A stretch of DNA of 64,000 nt from Malacoraja senta (taxonomy: Eukaryota), in NCBI GenBank assembly GCA_038087875.1, contig CM076001.1:1118001-1182000 (forward strand), given 5' to 3'. The notes below the pieces were generated by a model that saw only the letters and a list, made by a program, of their open reading frames with translations, was not told the origin of the DNA and did not search any database. Below, piece by piece: positions 35,078 through 48,122 of the stretch. Each line of letters opens with the position of its first letter. Position 1 is the first letter of the stretch. The position numbers and the translations under genes were made by a program.

Positions 35078-37105
35078 CCCCCCTACCCCACTCTTCCCCC
35101 TCCAACCACACTCTTCACCCTACCCCATCTCCCTCCTCGCCTCCCTCCCCCCTCCCCCACACCTCTCCCCCTCCCCCCTCTCCAACCCTCCCCCACCCCC
35201 TCTCCCCCTCTCCATCTCCCTCTCCACCTCAGTCCTCACCCCTCTCCCTCTCCTACCCCTCCTCCTCACACCCCCATCCCTCTCTCCCCACCCCCTTCCC
35301 ACTCTACCCCACCCTTCCCTCTCCCACATCCCCTTCCCCCTACCCCTCTGTCCCTCTTCCACCACTCCCCCTACCCCTTCATCCCCACTCTTCCACTTCT
35401 CTCCCCCTTACCCCACCCCTCTCCCTCTCCTCCCCCACCACTCTCTCTCCCCCCTCCCCTCCCCCTCCCTCCCCTCTCTCCCCCCACCCTTCCCCTACTC
35501 CTATGTCCCTCTTCCACACTCCCCAGTCCCTCTTCCACCACTTTCCTTACCCCACTCACCCTCCCTCCCTCCCCACTCTTCCACTTCTCCTCCCCCCTCC
35601 CCCTCCCTCTCCCTCCCCACTCTTTCCCCTCTCTCCCCCTCCCTCCACACTCTTCTCGCTCCTCCCCTACCCCATCTCCCTCCTCCCATCTCCCTCCCCC
35701 ACCTCTCACCCCTCCCTGTCCCTCTCTCCTCCGCCTCTCCATCTCCCTCTCCTCACCCTCACCCTCTCCCTCCCCCTCCTCCCCTCCTACTCCCCTCCTC
35801 CTCCATCCTCCTCCCATCCTCCTCCCACCCATCCCTCACTCCCCCACCCCCTTCTCCCTCCACACTCTTCCCCCTCCCTCCCCTACCCCACCCCCCCTCC
35901 CCCACACCTCTCCCCCCCTCCCCATCCCTCTCTCCTCCCATCCCCCTTCCCTCCGCCCCCTTCCCCCTACCCCTCTGTCCCTCATCCACCACACCCCTAC
36001 CCTCCCTCCCCACTCTTCCACTTCTCTCCCCTTATCCCACCCCTCTCTCTCTCCCTCCCCCCCATCCCTCCCCCACCCCTTCCCCTACCCCTCTGTCCCT
36101 CAACCACCACTCCCCCTACCCCTCTCCCCCCTCCCTCTGTCCCACTTCCACCACTCCCCCCTACACCTCTCCCCCTCCCTCCCCATTCTTCCACTTATCT
36201 CCCCCACACTCTTCCCCATCTACCTCCCCCACCCCTCTCTCTGCCCCCTCCCTTCCCCCCTCCCTCCCCTACCCCCACCCCCATCCCTCTCTCCACCCAC
36301 CCCTTCCCACCCTCTACCCCACCTCCCTCCTCCCCTCCCCATCCTCTTCCTCCCCTCCCCCACCCCTCTCCTCCCCCTCTCCCACCCCCTCTCCTCCCCC
36401 TCTCCCTCTCCATCTCCCTCTCCTCCCCTCCTCCTCCCCACCCCCTCCCTCTACCCTACCCCCTTCTCCCTCCCCACTCTTCCCCTCCACACTCTTCCCC
36501 CTCTCTCCCCTACCCCCATCTCCCTCCTCCCCTCCCTCCCCCTCCCCCACACCTCTCTCCCCCTCCCCTCCTCTCTCCTCCCCTCCCCATCCCTCCCCTC
36601 CCCATCCCCCCCTCTCCTCCCCCCCTCTCCATCTCCCTAACCTCACCCCTCTCCCATCTCCCCCCCCTCCTCCCACCCCCATCCCTCTCCCCTGCCCCCT
36701 TCCTCTACCTCTCTGTCCCTCTTCCACCACTCCCCCTCCACCCCTCCCCCTCCAACCCCCTCCCTTCCCACTCTTCCACTTCTCTCCCCCTTCCCCCACC
36801 CCTCTCCCTCCCTTTCCCACCCCTCTCCCTCCCCCACACCTCTCTCTCCCCCGATCCCTTCCCCCTACCCCTCTGTCCCTCTTACACCACTCCCCCTACC
36901 CCTCTCCCCCTCCTTCCCCACTCTTCCACTTCTCTCCCCCTTCCCCCACCCCTCTCCCTCCCACCTTTCTCCCTCCCCTCTCTCTCCCCCTCCCTCCCTC
37001 TCTCCCCCACCCCCTTCCCCTACCCCTCTCTCCCTCTGCCACCACCCCCCTACCCCCCTCTCTCTCCTTCTCTCTCACTTCCACCACTCCCCCCTCCCCC
37101 CGCCT
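35078..37105. repeat. Polypyrimidine C-rich low-complexity tract (G-rich on the minus strand)
   Basis: Almost no G on the + strand; recurring ccccctacccctctgtccctcttccaccact units. Confidence 0.95.
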
Positions 37106-37206
37106 GTGTGTTTGGGGGGTGGTTAGTGTGAGTGTGATGCCGCAGCCCCCCCCCCCCGCAAACGCGCGTTGGGGAAACAGACCCAACGGGTCTGCACTTG
37201 GTCTAG

Positions 37207-38147
37207 TATACTTATAAAACTCTGATCTTGGATGCGGATGTATTTGTGTGTGTATTTCTGTGTATTTCTGTGATTCACATCTCCACGAAAACACGACGCG
37301 CTAACGGTGAATTTTTTACATATTCCGATAGAGATTTACCTCATGCTTGAAAATCGTCTCATCTGAAAATTTGATTCATTATTTTCCGAGTTTTTAAATT
37401 AAAATTGTTCACAAATCTGAGATTTTTTTAAAGCGCTAACGATCTGATTACGTCACAATGGCTGTGCTCCTCCCGGACAGCTGCACAGAGTTTTCAACCC
37501 CTGCTGGGCACTGTTTTCCACGAGCTGTGAGTTACGTTAAACCCCCCCCCCCCCCTCCGACTAGCAGTCATTTTGTCGCCTCCCGTTCGGAGTAGACTCA
37601 CACTCGGCCGAGGGCTTCAGAGGTTCCTCGAGGTCCGGAGAGCTGCTGAGGCCCGCCGCCCGCTCACCGAGTTCAAGTCCGCCCTCTCCCTCTCTCTCCC
37701 CCTCACCCCATTCCGCTCCCCTTCCCCTCTCTTCCCCCCACTCTCTCTCCCCCCCTCTCTCTCTTTCTCTGCCCGAATCTCTCTGCTCCTTGAGATAGGG
37801 CGGGGATGGAGTAAAAGGAGCCAATGAATAATATTAATATAATATCAAGGGGGGTGGTTAGTGTGTTTGTGGGGTGGGTGGGTGGGTGGTTAGTGTGTGT
37901 GTGTGTGGGGGGGGGGGTTGGTTAGTGTGTGTGGTGGGTGGGGGGTTGGTTAGTGTGGGGGGTTGGTTAGTGTGTGTGGGGGGTGGTTGTGTGAGTGGTG
38001 GGTGGGGGGGTGGTTAGTGTGTGTGTGTGTTTGGGGGGGTGGTTAGTGTGTGTGGGGGGTTATTTAGTGTGTGTGTGACGCCGCAGGCCCACCCCCCCGC
38101 AACCGCGCGTTGAGGGGACGGGACCCAACGGATCCCCCTTGGTCTAG
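37207..38147 (+). mobile_element. Second non-autonomous Helitron, head-to-tail with the first
   Basis: 3' hairpin GGGACCC-AAC-GGATCCC (38120-38136), then CTAG|T (38144-38148); GGTTAGTGTG repeats at 37850-38075. Confidence 0.75.
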
Positions 38148-38186
38148 TATATTTATATAGTTATATATTCATATATAAATATACAC

Positions 38187-39108
38187 TGTTTTGTTTTCTC
38201 ATTTATAACATTGTTTACAGAGTACTATGTTTACATATTCTGTTGTGCTGCTGCAAGTAAGGGTTTCATTGTTCTAACTGGGACGTGAGAGGATAAAACA
38301 CTCTTGACTCTTGACTTGCGTCGCTAATGTGTGGGATAGAACTAGTGTACGGGTGATCGGTGGTCAGCGTGGACTCGGTGAGCTGAATGGTCTGTTTCCG
38401 CGCTGTATCTTTAAATTAAACTAAAAAACACTAAAACCAGAGGAAGTCTAAAGAAGGGTTGCTACCCGAAACGCCACCCAATTTCTTCTATCCAGAGATG
38501 CTGGCTGCTCCATGGAGTTCCCCCGCACAATTGAAGCATGGAATAGTCTTCACCCTACCATAGTTACCCAACCAGATGCAACTAAATTTAAGGTAGCTCT
38601 TTTTTTCCCAAGAACCCTTTTTTGCTTAAGTCCACCCTCCACCACCTCCAGTTTAAATTCCATTTGGAATATTTTTGGAGGACCAGGAAACCAAGAAGCA
38701 AGAGTTACTCCAGGGAGTTACTCCAGCTCCGGGGAGTGATTCTGCCTTGGGTTTCAGCGAGGCGGCAATCGGACAGCAATGGCGGCCAGATCTCCCACAA
38801 TGTAAAGGGAGGGAGAAAGTGCCCAGCGCCGACCAGTGGCTGTGGCAGTGCGCATGTGCAGGGTGGCCGATGATGTGCTGGCTGTGGCTGTGCTCATGTG
38901 CAAGGCGGCCAGCCGTGCCGGCGGATGAGGAGCGGCCGGAGAGCAGAGACACGGCGGCCTGGACACGGATGGCGGGCGGAGACGGAGAGTGACAGAAAGA
39001 GAGATAGAGAGGGGGGCCAAGCCGGACAAAATGACACGGCTTTTAGGTTGCCCGGCGGAAACTTTAGGTGGCCATTGGCAACTGGGCAACTGTTAATTTT
39101 GAGCCCTG
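38187..39108. mobile_element. Inverted partial copy of the composite hAT-like element, with its terminal sequence
   Basis: Reverse-complement match to 21345-22457; ends TTTTGAGCCCTG. Confidence 0.6.
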
Positions 39109-39767
39109 CCAAGGTGCATGTCTTTCTTGAAGTAGGGTAAGTGACTGTGAGTATATGGTCTAGAGAACCATGGGTGCTATAACAAATTGGGGCTATGTGG
39201 GACATTGCTAGGCGTAGTTTTTCTGTAAGAGTACCTGTCCTATTGGTTTGCTTACCATTCCATCTTTTTCAGCAATGGCAAACATCTATTGGAGATGCTA
39301 TCAAACCATTATGTATACTAAATTCAATAGAACAAAGCCCTTGCTATTTTCACTTCTGCTTTGACATATTCATGCAGGAGCACTGTTTTTTCAGTTAACG
39401 AAGAACAATTGGTGAAAGGCTTCTTTCCTACGTTTGACCGAATACCTTGAGACTCAATGGGCTTTGATACTGAGATTGAAAATTCCTATGACAATTCCTT
39501 CCCATCTGTACATCAAATGCCACCCATGTGGGTCTGTTCTGTCATGAGACAAGGGGTTGTGATGGTACATTGTCTATGATGTCTTGTTCTGTGAATTGTT
39601 ACTTGACCAGGCCGTAGGCAGCCATCTCAATTTAGACAGCAGTCTCCTTAATGTTTATGATATGCCTTTCTCAATATCAAATAAAAAGATAAAATGTAAT
39701 TTTTATTTTGTTCTGTTTGCACAGTTTTTTTAATATAGATTTTCTGCTATCAAGTTTAAATGTAAAG

Positions 39768-39889
39768 ATGCTCAAATTGGAGAGCCGCCTAGTCCAGGTT
39801 CAACAAGCATGTGGCCCAACAACATTTCCTGAAAATGAAGAAAAACTTACTGAAGTGCAAGCTTTTCAGAAGTTTCTTTTACAGCTAAG
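39768..39889 (+). CDS. Host gene coding exon A (probable start codon); uncharacterised NERD-like protein
   Basis: Acceptor ttttttaatatag|ATTTT at 39739, ATG at 39768, open frame MLKLESRLVQVQQACGPTTFPENEEKLTEVQAFQKFLLQL(R), donor CTAAG|gttagg. Ends in phase 2, matching the next exon. Confidence 0.75.
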
Positions 39890-40139
39890 GTTAGGTCCAT
39901 AATTAACAACATTATTAATCGGTTACAATCTTTTTGATCTCCAGTATTAAATTATTATTGGTAGAAAAATGATGAAATGTAGCTATGACTATAATTAGTT
40001 GCTTTCTATTTGTTTAGGAATTTTTGATATCACTTAATGCATCCCATGTGATATATCCAGGAATGTAATCTTATGTACGTACATTCAGCATATCTCTGTG
40101 TTCTACTGCAAGCACAACATAAACCTGCTGACTCCCACT

Positions 40140-40530
40140 GTACTACGCCACCCCCCCACCCTGACTTGTAAAGATGTGAGCCCTACTCTCAATTTCTTCG
40201 GCTTTGCCGCATCTGCTCCAAGTTGAGGCTTTCCATTCTAGGCTATCCTAGATGTCCTCTTTCTTTAGTAAACTTGGCTTCCCTCCTGGTGTTGTAGGTG
40301 TAGACAGATCCCTCACCCATGTCCGCACTGCGTCCCTGTAGTTCTGCTTTTGCTTCCCATCTTCCCAGATGGAACAAAAATAGAGTTCCCTTGGTCCTTG
40401 CCTTTCACCCCACCAGCCTCGCATCCAACACATCATTCTCCAGCATTTCCGCCACCAATCACATCTTCCCATCCCCTCCCCTTTCTGCTTTCTGTAGAAA
40501 CTGTTCCCATCGCAACTCCTTGGTTCACTC
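40140..40530 (+). mobile_element. Decayed Penelope-like fragment
   Basis: Contains 'ccctactctcaatt..cttcg..cgcatctgc' and 'RVPLVLAFHPTSL', typical of the Penelope RT C-terminus. Confidence 0.6.
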
Positions 40531-42281
40531 CAGGCACGTTCCGTCAGGGTAGGCAAGGTAGGCACTGCCTACCCTGACTAAAATTATAAAATGGTAATTA
40601 TTAAATATAAATAGTAAAGGCATGGGAGAATAATGCCTACCTAAGAGATCGATCTCTTAGGTAGGCATAATTCTCCGTGCCTTTCATCCGCATACATGTA
40701 ACACACGAAGGTCTGTGCAGCTGACGTGCAGTCGACGCTGCTTCAAGCCGTCAATTTCCAGTGGACTGAAGGCAGCTGAAATTCTGCCTTTGCAGTACTG
40801 CGCATGTGCAGCGCAAGTTTCTTGGCGGGTTTTTTCAAACATGGATTGTCATTATCTTAAGAGTATCTTAAGAAACAAAGAGAGAAGAATGAAGTTTGTG
40901 TACAAATGATGTGGTAAGTAAATTTCTTGGTGCTACATGTTTTTAAATATCGTATTTCCTGGTAATGAAGACGCTATTTTTTACCCAAAAATAAGGCACG
41001 AGAATTTACATGTGTCTTGGAAGCCGAAGTTGGAAGGTTGTTAGTCAAGAAAGATAGACTTGGCTATCCCTCAGTACAGCAACATCAAGAACGATAGCCA
41101 AGTCTACCCCTTATTGCTGGCAGCTGATGGGAAGCAGCTGTAAAAGGACAGCGCCGCTGAGGAGGGAGAGTTCCTTTCACAGCGTGTGGGGAGTCTGGCC
41201 CGGGGTAAATTTGCGGGGAGGGCAGGAGCGTTGAGAAGGAGGGGGTCGGGGATCATGCCAGCAACTCACTTGCCGCGATGCTCCGGGCGCGGAGCCACCG
41301 CATTGTGGCCGGGGGGAGAAGTAGCTCGGGTGGCTGCGAGTGGCCACCGGGAGCGGACAGCGGAACCGGCCGCCATCCTCAGCTCCTTCTGCCAGCCCCC
41401 GCTCACCTCTGGCAGTGCTCTCCATCTGAAAACCTCTCTCCTGCCGCTCGCCGGCCTCACTCATGTCAGCCACTTCCCGCAAATCCTTAAATTCGGACAG
41501 TGCGATCAAGGGACCAATTGAGGTTACTCGGCTGTCGGAATTTAAGGATTTGCGGGAAGCGGCTGACGAGCGAAGCCGGCGAGCGGCAGGGTGAGAGATG
41601 TTCAGACGGAGAGCACTGCCATAGGTGAGCGGGCCGGCAGAAGGCGCTGAGGTGGCGTCCAGTTCCGCTGTCTGGTCCCGAGCTGCTTCCCTCCCCGGCC
41701 ACAATGCGGTGGCTCCGCGCCTGGAGCGCCGTGGCAGCGGTGAGTGAGTGAGTTACTGGCATGATCCCCGACCACCTCCTTCTCAACGCTCCTGCCCTCC
41801 CCGCAACTTTACCCCTGGCCAGACTCCCCACACGCTGTGAACGGAACTCCCCCCCCCCCCAATTGGTCCGTTGAACAAGTATTGCCATTCAATAAGATCA
41901 CAACTGATTCAACTTGTCCCGGTGTGCTCCGTTTTTCCCACCATCTCTCCACCTGCCATCATCCTCCACCCCCCCACCCATTCAGTAATTCAGAATGAAG
42001 GAGATTTGGAAGCCTTGGGCAAATTGCTTTCTTTCTTTTTATTTTTTTGAGCGTGAGATAATCTATGTCCCACCAGCCTTCTTTCAAAATTTAGCAACTC
42101 AAAATGGGGGTGCATTTTCATTGCCAGGAAATACGGTACTTTATTAAGAGATTTGGCTTTTGAAGACTTCATAAAAGTCGACTGACAGCTTACAGAGAGA
42201 ACAATCTGCGCACGCGCGGTTTAAGATTTTTAAATGCCGACTGACTGCCTACCCTGAGTAATTACTCACGGCACGTGCCTG
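40531..42281. mobile_element. Complete non-autonomous hAT element with an internal ~330-bp inverted repeat
   Basis: TIRs CAGGCACGTTCCGT / ACGGCACGTGCCTG; 8-bp TSD GTTCACTC / GTTCACAC. Confidence 0.88.
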
Positions 42282-42552
42282 GTTCACACGCCTTCCTGCC
42301 CATATTATTAATGATAATAGTTAATGTAACAAAATTTAAAAAATCTTGTTTGACCATTACTTCGATCCAGTTTCATAAATCCAACTAATTGCTACATTCC
42401 CTAAGCATTTGCCGAATCAGGAATCGGTCAAGATCTCTACTTACGAGGCAGCATCCACATCAATCATAAACAATGAGAATACAATTCTACAAGTTAAAAA
42501 TCGAATGAAAATGCATTGTCATTAAAATAATACTTTGTATATTTTGTTAAAG

Positions 42553-42653
42553 ATTGCTTGGTGGATTGGCAAAAGAAGCAATTTTTTGTAATCTGCGAGT
42601 CCCAGACCAGTTTCAGAAATCGAAAGAGGAGATCAATGTTGTCATCCTCACAG
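42553..42653 (+). CDS. Host gene coding exon B (NERD-like N-terminal motif LRVPD...EINVVILTG)
   Basis: Acceptor ttttgttaaag|A, donor ACAG|gtacat, phase 2 to 1. Encodes (R)LLGGLAKEAIFCNLRVPDQFQKSKEEINVVILT(G), resembling the NERD 'LRIP...EID.V..T..G' motif. Confidence 0.85.
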
Positions 42654-43694
42654 GTACATATCTTAAAGGACTAAGCTTATTCATTATGTTTGTGATGGGC
42701 TCACTGCTACATGCTGATGCACCCCACACTCCAATAATCCTGATGCCGGGTCCTCAACCCAAAATGTCAACCACCCTTACCCTGCAAAGATGCTTGAGTT
42801 CCTCCAGTAGTTTGTTTTCTTGATCACTATGACATTCTCTGGTTTCTGTGTACACACAAACAAGTAAGAAGCAATGCAGATGTCAATTGTAATAGTTCAT
42901 CAATGTAAACCAAATTAAAGTTATACGACAAGTGGAAAACTAAGTATTAAAATTCAGACTATTTTAACATCAAGAGCATCACATTTTTGAATTAAGTCAA
43001 TTTTTCACCAGGTGGGTGAAGTTTAATCATTGAATACTGCTTTGTAATCTTGCAATAACAAATTAATTGTTGGCTCCAGAGCACATTTAAAACGTTACGG
43101 AAGTGTATAAGCATGTGCTTTTTCTTCTATTGCAATATTGCTGCCATTATGTTCAGGACAAGATTTTTACATTGGTTAAAGGTATGTTGAAGAAGAGATT
43201 CAAGTAATGTCACATTTCAAAAAATGTCTTATCATTCCTCCAATTATCATCAGTAACTTTGGAGGAGCATTGTTAAAAACACTGGTGAAATGGCATGTGC
43301 TCTATAGTGGATCATCAGTAGTATTCGCAATGAAATGATGCTTTTACCCTTTGGGAATTAGCACATTTGAAATTAATCAATGAAAGAGAGCAAGAACGAT
43401 CTTCTGGAGCTGCGACTCTCCCGCAGACCCCACCCCACAGAGACTGCCTTCCAGTGCCTGTGCAGTGCTTGAGAAAACCTGGTTTCCTCACTCTCCCCAC
43501 TCCTGATTCAGACAGCATAGAACAGAATGGTTCTGAAGAAATGACAACACTTTATTTTGACATATTTGGCTTAATACATGAAATATTTAGTAACCTAACT
43601 ACTTCATCAGTTTGTCTCTAATTGATATGTACTATGTTTATATTCCTCATGCGCATCCTCCCACACTGTTCATCTAACTCCATCAGCATATGTT

Positions 43695-44000
43695 TAGTTT
43701 AATTTAGTTTAGAGATACAGCATGGAAACAGGCCCTTCGGCCCACCAAGTCCATGCTGGCCATCGATCACCCATTCACACTAATTCTATGTTATCCCATT
43801 TACGGATACCTCCCTTACAAAGGCCAATAAACCTAGAAACCCATACATCTTTGGTATGTGGGCGGAAACTGGAGCACCCGGAGGAAACCCACTCAGTGTC
43901 ACCGAAAACGTGCAAATTGCATACAGACAGCACACTCAGAATCGAACTCAGGTCTCTGGCACTGTGAGACAGCAGTTCTACCAGCTGCACCGCTGCACCA
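43695..44000 (-). mobile_element. tRNA-derived SINE (HE1-like)
   Basis: Same family as 2315-2570. Confidence 0.8.
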
Positions 44001-44295
44001 CTGCTCCCCTGTGCTGCCGTAAGTGGCCCACTGCTGCCACTATCCTACTATAATTTTCAAACTCAAGTGCTCAGTTACCTACTCTTCAATACATCTAATC
44101 TTTTCAACTGAACTACCCCACATGCTGTTAGCTTTCTCTAGATAACGGAAAAGATTTCCTTGCAATTAATTTCATTATACTGCCCTCCCTCCTTGTATCT
44201 CTGAATGTCCTCTACTGTATTTAAGATAGGAAAAGGTGATCAGGCTCATGTGGATTTGCCTCACTGTATGATGGAATCATCTGCAAATACACAAC

Positions 44296-45103
44296 CAATG
44301 CCGGATTTAGATGAAGAGAGGCCCTAGGCTATTCCACTTGTGAGGCCCTCCCAATCCCCCACCCCCAAGACTAGAAGATTGAAGAGTGTTTTAAATAATT
44401 TGAGTAAAACCAAGGATGATGACGGGTGTTTAAAATTCCGCAATTCGTAATTTCTTCTCTAAAGGACATAAAATGTTATTATTAAATACCGTAGTGATTG
44501 AAAAAAAAAGCATAAATGCTAAAATGAACACTGTGAAAAACTTTTGCTACAAATAAGCTTAGTTTTATTACTAACCTGACAGTGGCAGCCACAGCACTAA
44601 ACAGTAGGTTTCTAGCAACGATTATCAGCTCTACCCCAAGCATTGCTCCTTGCCAACTTCCTAGTTCAAATATCTTTGCACTTTCCTACTTTCCCCTGAG
44701 TTTTGACTTTTGAAGTCTGCAAGTATCCAAAGATGTTCCTTGCACCCACCATCACTGCTTACTGGAGCTCGTGTGAAAGTTTGCCGGACCCCGGTGCCAC
44801 CAGATTGACACCGATGTGCAGCCGAGCATGGCCAATGAGATACGGGGCTGGAAAGCTGCGCTTTTAAAAAAATTACTTATTGCCAGTGCTAGTGTCGAGT
44901 TATCGGCTTAAAACAGTATTATTCTGAAATGGAGGGCAAGGAAAATTACTAAAGGGTTGTTTAGAGACTACAGTGCGTTGTGACAGCATATGTAAGAAAG
45001 GCCTATGACAGTGTCAAAAATATTATACACCTTGGCCGGAGGCCCCCTAGATTTTGAGGCCCTAGACTTCAGCCTACCAAGACTATAGGTAAATCCGGCA
45101 CTG
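44296..45103. mobile_element. hAT MITE
   Basis: TIRs CAATGCCGGATTTA / TAAATCCGGCACTG, perfect 8-bp TSD TACACAAC, subterminal gaggccc repeats. Confidence 0.9.
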
Positions 45104-46629
45104 TACACAACCTTCTGGAAAAGAAAAATGAAGAAAGGGCAAAGATTCATAACCAAATCTTGAATTAACCCACCTTCTCGTAGGTAATCATGCAATAATG
45201 CAGGTGCCTCTCAACTCATTTGTTATCCATACTCTTGCCACCTTTCCGCTTGGAATCGGTATTTTTCAAAACCTTCCTGACAATTGCAGATATCAGTTTC
45301 CACTGCCTCTCACAATACCATGCAAATAGGCATGCAACCCTTTTTTTTAATAAAGATTAAAACTTACATCTTTTAAAGTTCTTTCTTCCTCTCTTAAAGT
45401 GAGAAGCAATTTGCTTAACCTGATCACATCACCTCAAGTAATCTGTTTATAGATCAGGTTTATGATTGTCATAAATATCTAAATCATATCCTGTGCTTCT
45501 CTAGTGAATGCGGAGTCAAAGAATGAAGTTTGAGTTATCCAAATGGAAATTTTGTTCAGATCATTACAAACTTGCAATACCAGTAAATGCAGATCCTAAG
45601 AAAGGATGTTGCAATAAGAGTGGAATGGAATAATATAATAGTTTCAGATTTTTTGTATCTTTTTAATACACCATGTAGTAAATTGAAGCTATTTCTTCTG
45701 ATTCAGTATTCCGCAGAATGCCACATTTTCCTATTATTTTTATTATAAATATTTTCTGCCCGTTGAATCCTTTCAAATATACATATTTCTTTGTTTACTA
45801 GAGTTTTCTTTCAAAAATAGACAATTTTCAGGGCAATATATCTCACATTTGTGATAAAAATAGGTAATATTGAATAGGCAGCTTATTTAATAGTCACTTG
45901 ATTTTCTTCTCCATTGAATTCAGTGCAAAAGAAAATCGGGTGCGGTGAACATAAAAGGCTACTGATTGGTACTCATCCATTTCATGCTCATGGTCAAAAA
46001 TACATTAATCATAATAACTTCACATTTTCACCAGAATTGACCCTGACCATTCAAAACAATAAAGTGCAACTGATAATTCCGGTAATTTTATCCCTTAGTC
46101 CGTTCAGTGAAAACACCGACTAGAATACTTTAAATCTCCTTTATTTCACCAAGGTGACCGTGTTTCTCTGTACCGCCCAGGGAAGCTCTCCCAGTGAATC
46201 ATGGAGAAAACACATGTGTGCAAACAAAGGAATTAGCATATAAATATGATTAATACAGTGGGAGGTAACTTAGAAAGGGTGGTAATTCTAGACCAATAAC
46301 TACAGTATCACATGGTTATATAGGTGGGGACAATCTTTCCACCCAATTACAATCATACACAGCATAATACATCTTAGCCAATCACAATAGCATTGAACAT
46401 CACATATTATCCAAGAAAATGATGTCACAGTAAGGAAAGTGAAACTTAACTTCAATCAGCCCCTGATCTTCAAAAACAGAATACTTAACCCTTTAATCCT
46501 AGAGTATTCCCAGTTCAGCATATTCTCATTCCACCCTTTTATCATTCCATGATAACTCCCCCTGTTCCTACTTATTTCTATCCTTCCCAGTCGTTCAAAC
46601 TCTTCCTGCACCCTATCAACGTATTCAAG

Positions 46630-47872
46630 TCACAAGTCAAGTCACATTTATTGATATAGCACATTTAAAAAACAACTCTCGTTGGCCAAAGTGCTTTACA
46701 TTTGTTATAAGAATAGCACAACAAAACAAACTACATACATATATACATGTAGCCCTCATTCAGAGGACGTCAGGAAAGGCTTGGGAGTATAGATAAGTCT
46801 TTAGTCTTGACTTAAAAGAGTCGATGGAGGGGGCAGTTCTGATGGGAAAGGGGATGCTGTTCCATAGTCTAGGGGCTGCAACCGCAAAGGCGCGGTCGCC
46901 CCTGAGCTTATGCCTAGACCGTGGGATATTCAGCAACCCCAAGTCGGCCGATCTGAGGGGCCTGGAGGTGGAGTGGTGGGTGAGAAGACTTTTTATGTAG
47001 GTGGGGGCAAGCCCATTGAGGGCTTTGTAGACATGGAGGAGGATCTTGAAGTTTATACAGAACCGCACAGGGAGCCAGTGGAGAGAGGCCAGGATTGGGG
47101 TGATGTGGTCCCTTTTTCGGGTGCCCGTCAGGAGTCTCGCTGCGGCGTTTTGGACCAGTTGCAGGCGGGACAGGGAAGATTGGCTGATGCCAGTTTAAAG
47201 GGAGTTGCAGTAATCTAGGCGGGAGGAGATGAATGTGTGGATGATCTTTTCCAGGTCATCAAACTGGAGGAATTGTTATATTTTAGCTATCGTCCGAAGC
47301 TGAAAGAAGCTAGCTTTTACCACGGCATTGGCTTGTTTGTCAAATTTCAGTGCTGAGTCAAATAAGGATGACCTCAGACTTACTCTTGTTTAGTTGGAAG
47401 AAGTTCTGGGCCATCCAACACTTTATATCCTCGAGGCAGTGGGTAAGGTTAAACAGATTTGATTGTTTTTTGGGCTTCAGGGGGAGATAGAGTTGTGTAT
47501 CGTCTGCGTAGCAATGGAAGGAAATGCCGTGCCTTTCAATGACTTGGCCTAAGGGGAGCATATACAGGGAGAAGAGAATGGGGCCAAGGATGGAACCTTG
47601 TGGAACCCCACAGCAGAGATTAGCTGGGGAGGAGAATGAGTTGCCTATGTTAGTCGAGAAACTCCTACCTTTGAGGTAGGAGATGAACCAGCTCAGGGCA
47701 GTGCCATCAATACCAACCCCATACCGGAGACGGTCAATTAGGATGGTGTGGTCGACAGTATCAAATGCTGCGCTGAGGTCAAGAAGGAGCAGAATTGCAC
47801 AGTCGCTGGAGTCAACGATGAGCAGTAGGTCATTGTGTACCTTCAACAAGGCAGACTCTGTGCTATGGTGAG
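46630..47872 (-). mobile_element. L2-clade LINE 3' fragment nested in the ERV
   Basis: [33 protein letters not shown] and GDRAFAVAAPRLWNS motifs; (gactt)n tail. Confidence 0.9.
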
Positions 47873-47874
47873 CC

Positions 47875-48122
47875 CTTTCAGACTTTCTTCATCACATCCT
47901 TCACCCAGTTTTACCAATAACATTCTCAGAGCACCTATGCCTTCCAGTGCTGTCTGCATTCTCCCTAATACACATTTTACAACTGCTAATCTTACAAAAA
48001 TACAAATAATCGCAATAGCTAGGTACATAGCCATGTTGATTAGCCAGTCTGACCAGCTTCCGAAGCCCCAATTACCCCAGTCACTTGCTTCCTTCATGTT
48101 ATCCAACTGTTCTCTTATTAGC
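47875..48122 (-). pseudogene. ERV env-like C-terminal (membrane-proximal + TM) remnant
   Basis: REQLDNMKEASDWGNWGFGSWSDWLINMAMYLAIAIICIFVRLAVVKC: a Trp-rich segment plus a hydrophobic anchor, lying between integrase and PPT. Confidence 0.65.

Larger units (their letters stand above)
34490..37206 (+). mobile_element. Non-autonomous Helitron with a ~2-kb C/T-rich expansion, spanning the assembly gap
   Basis: 3' hairpin CAGACCC-AAC-GGGTCTG (37178-37194), then CTAG|T (37203-37207). The 5' part tactttt-aaaact...tgtgtg resembles 33452 and 37208. Confidence 0.7.

Noticed and set aside
34505..37217. Long Pro/Ser/Leu-rich ORFs (711, 852, 542 aa) and Gly/Arg/Glu-rich antisense ORFs
   Set aside because: Artefacts of a C-rich low-complexity tract and an N gap, where stop codons cannot occur by composition.
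43080..43181. Possible extra exon (ctccag|AGC...AAG|gtatg)
   Set aside because: Its open frame is phase 0/0, incompatible with the phase-1 intron, and exons B and C already join into a continuous motif.
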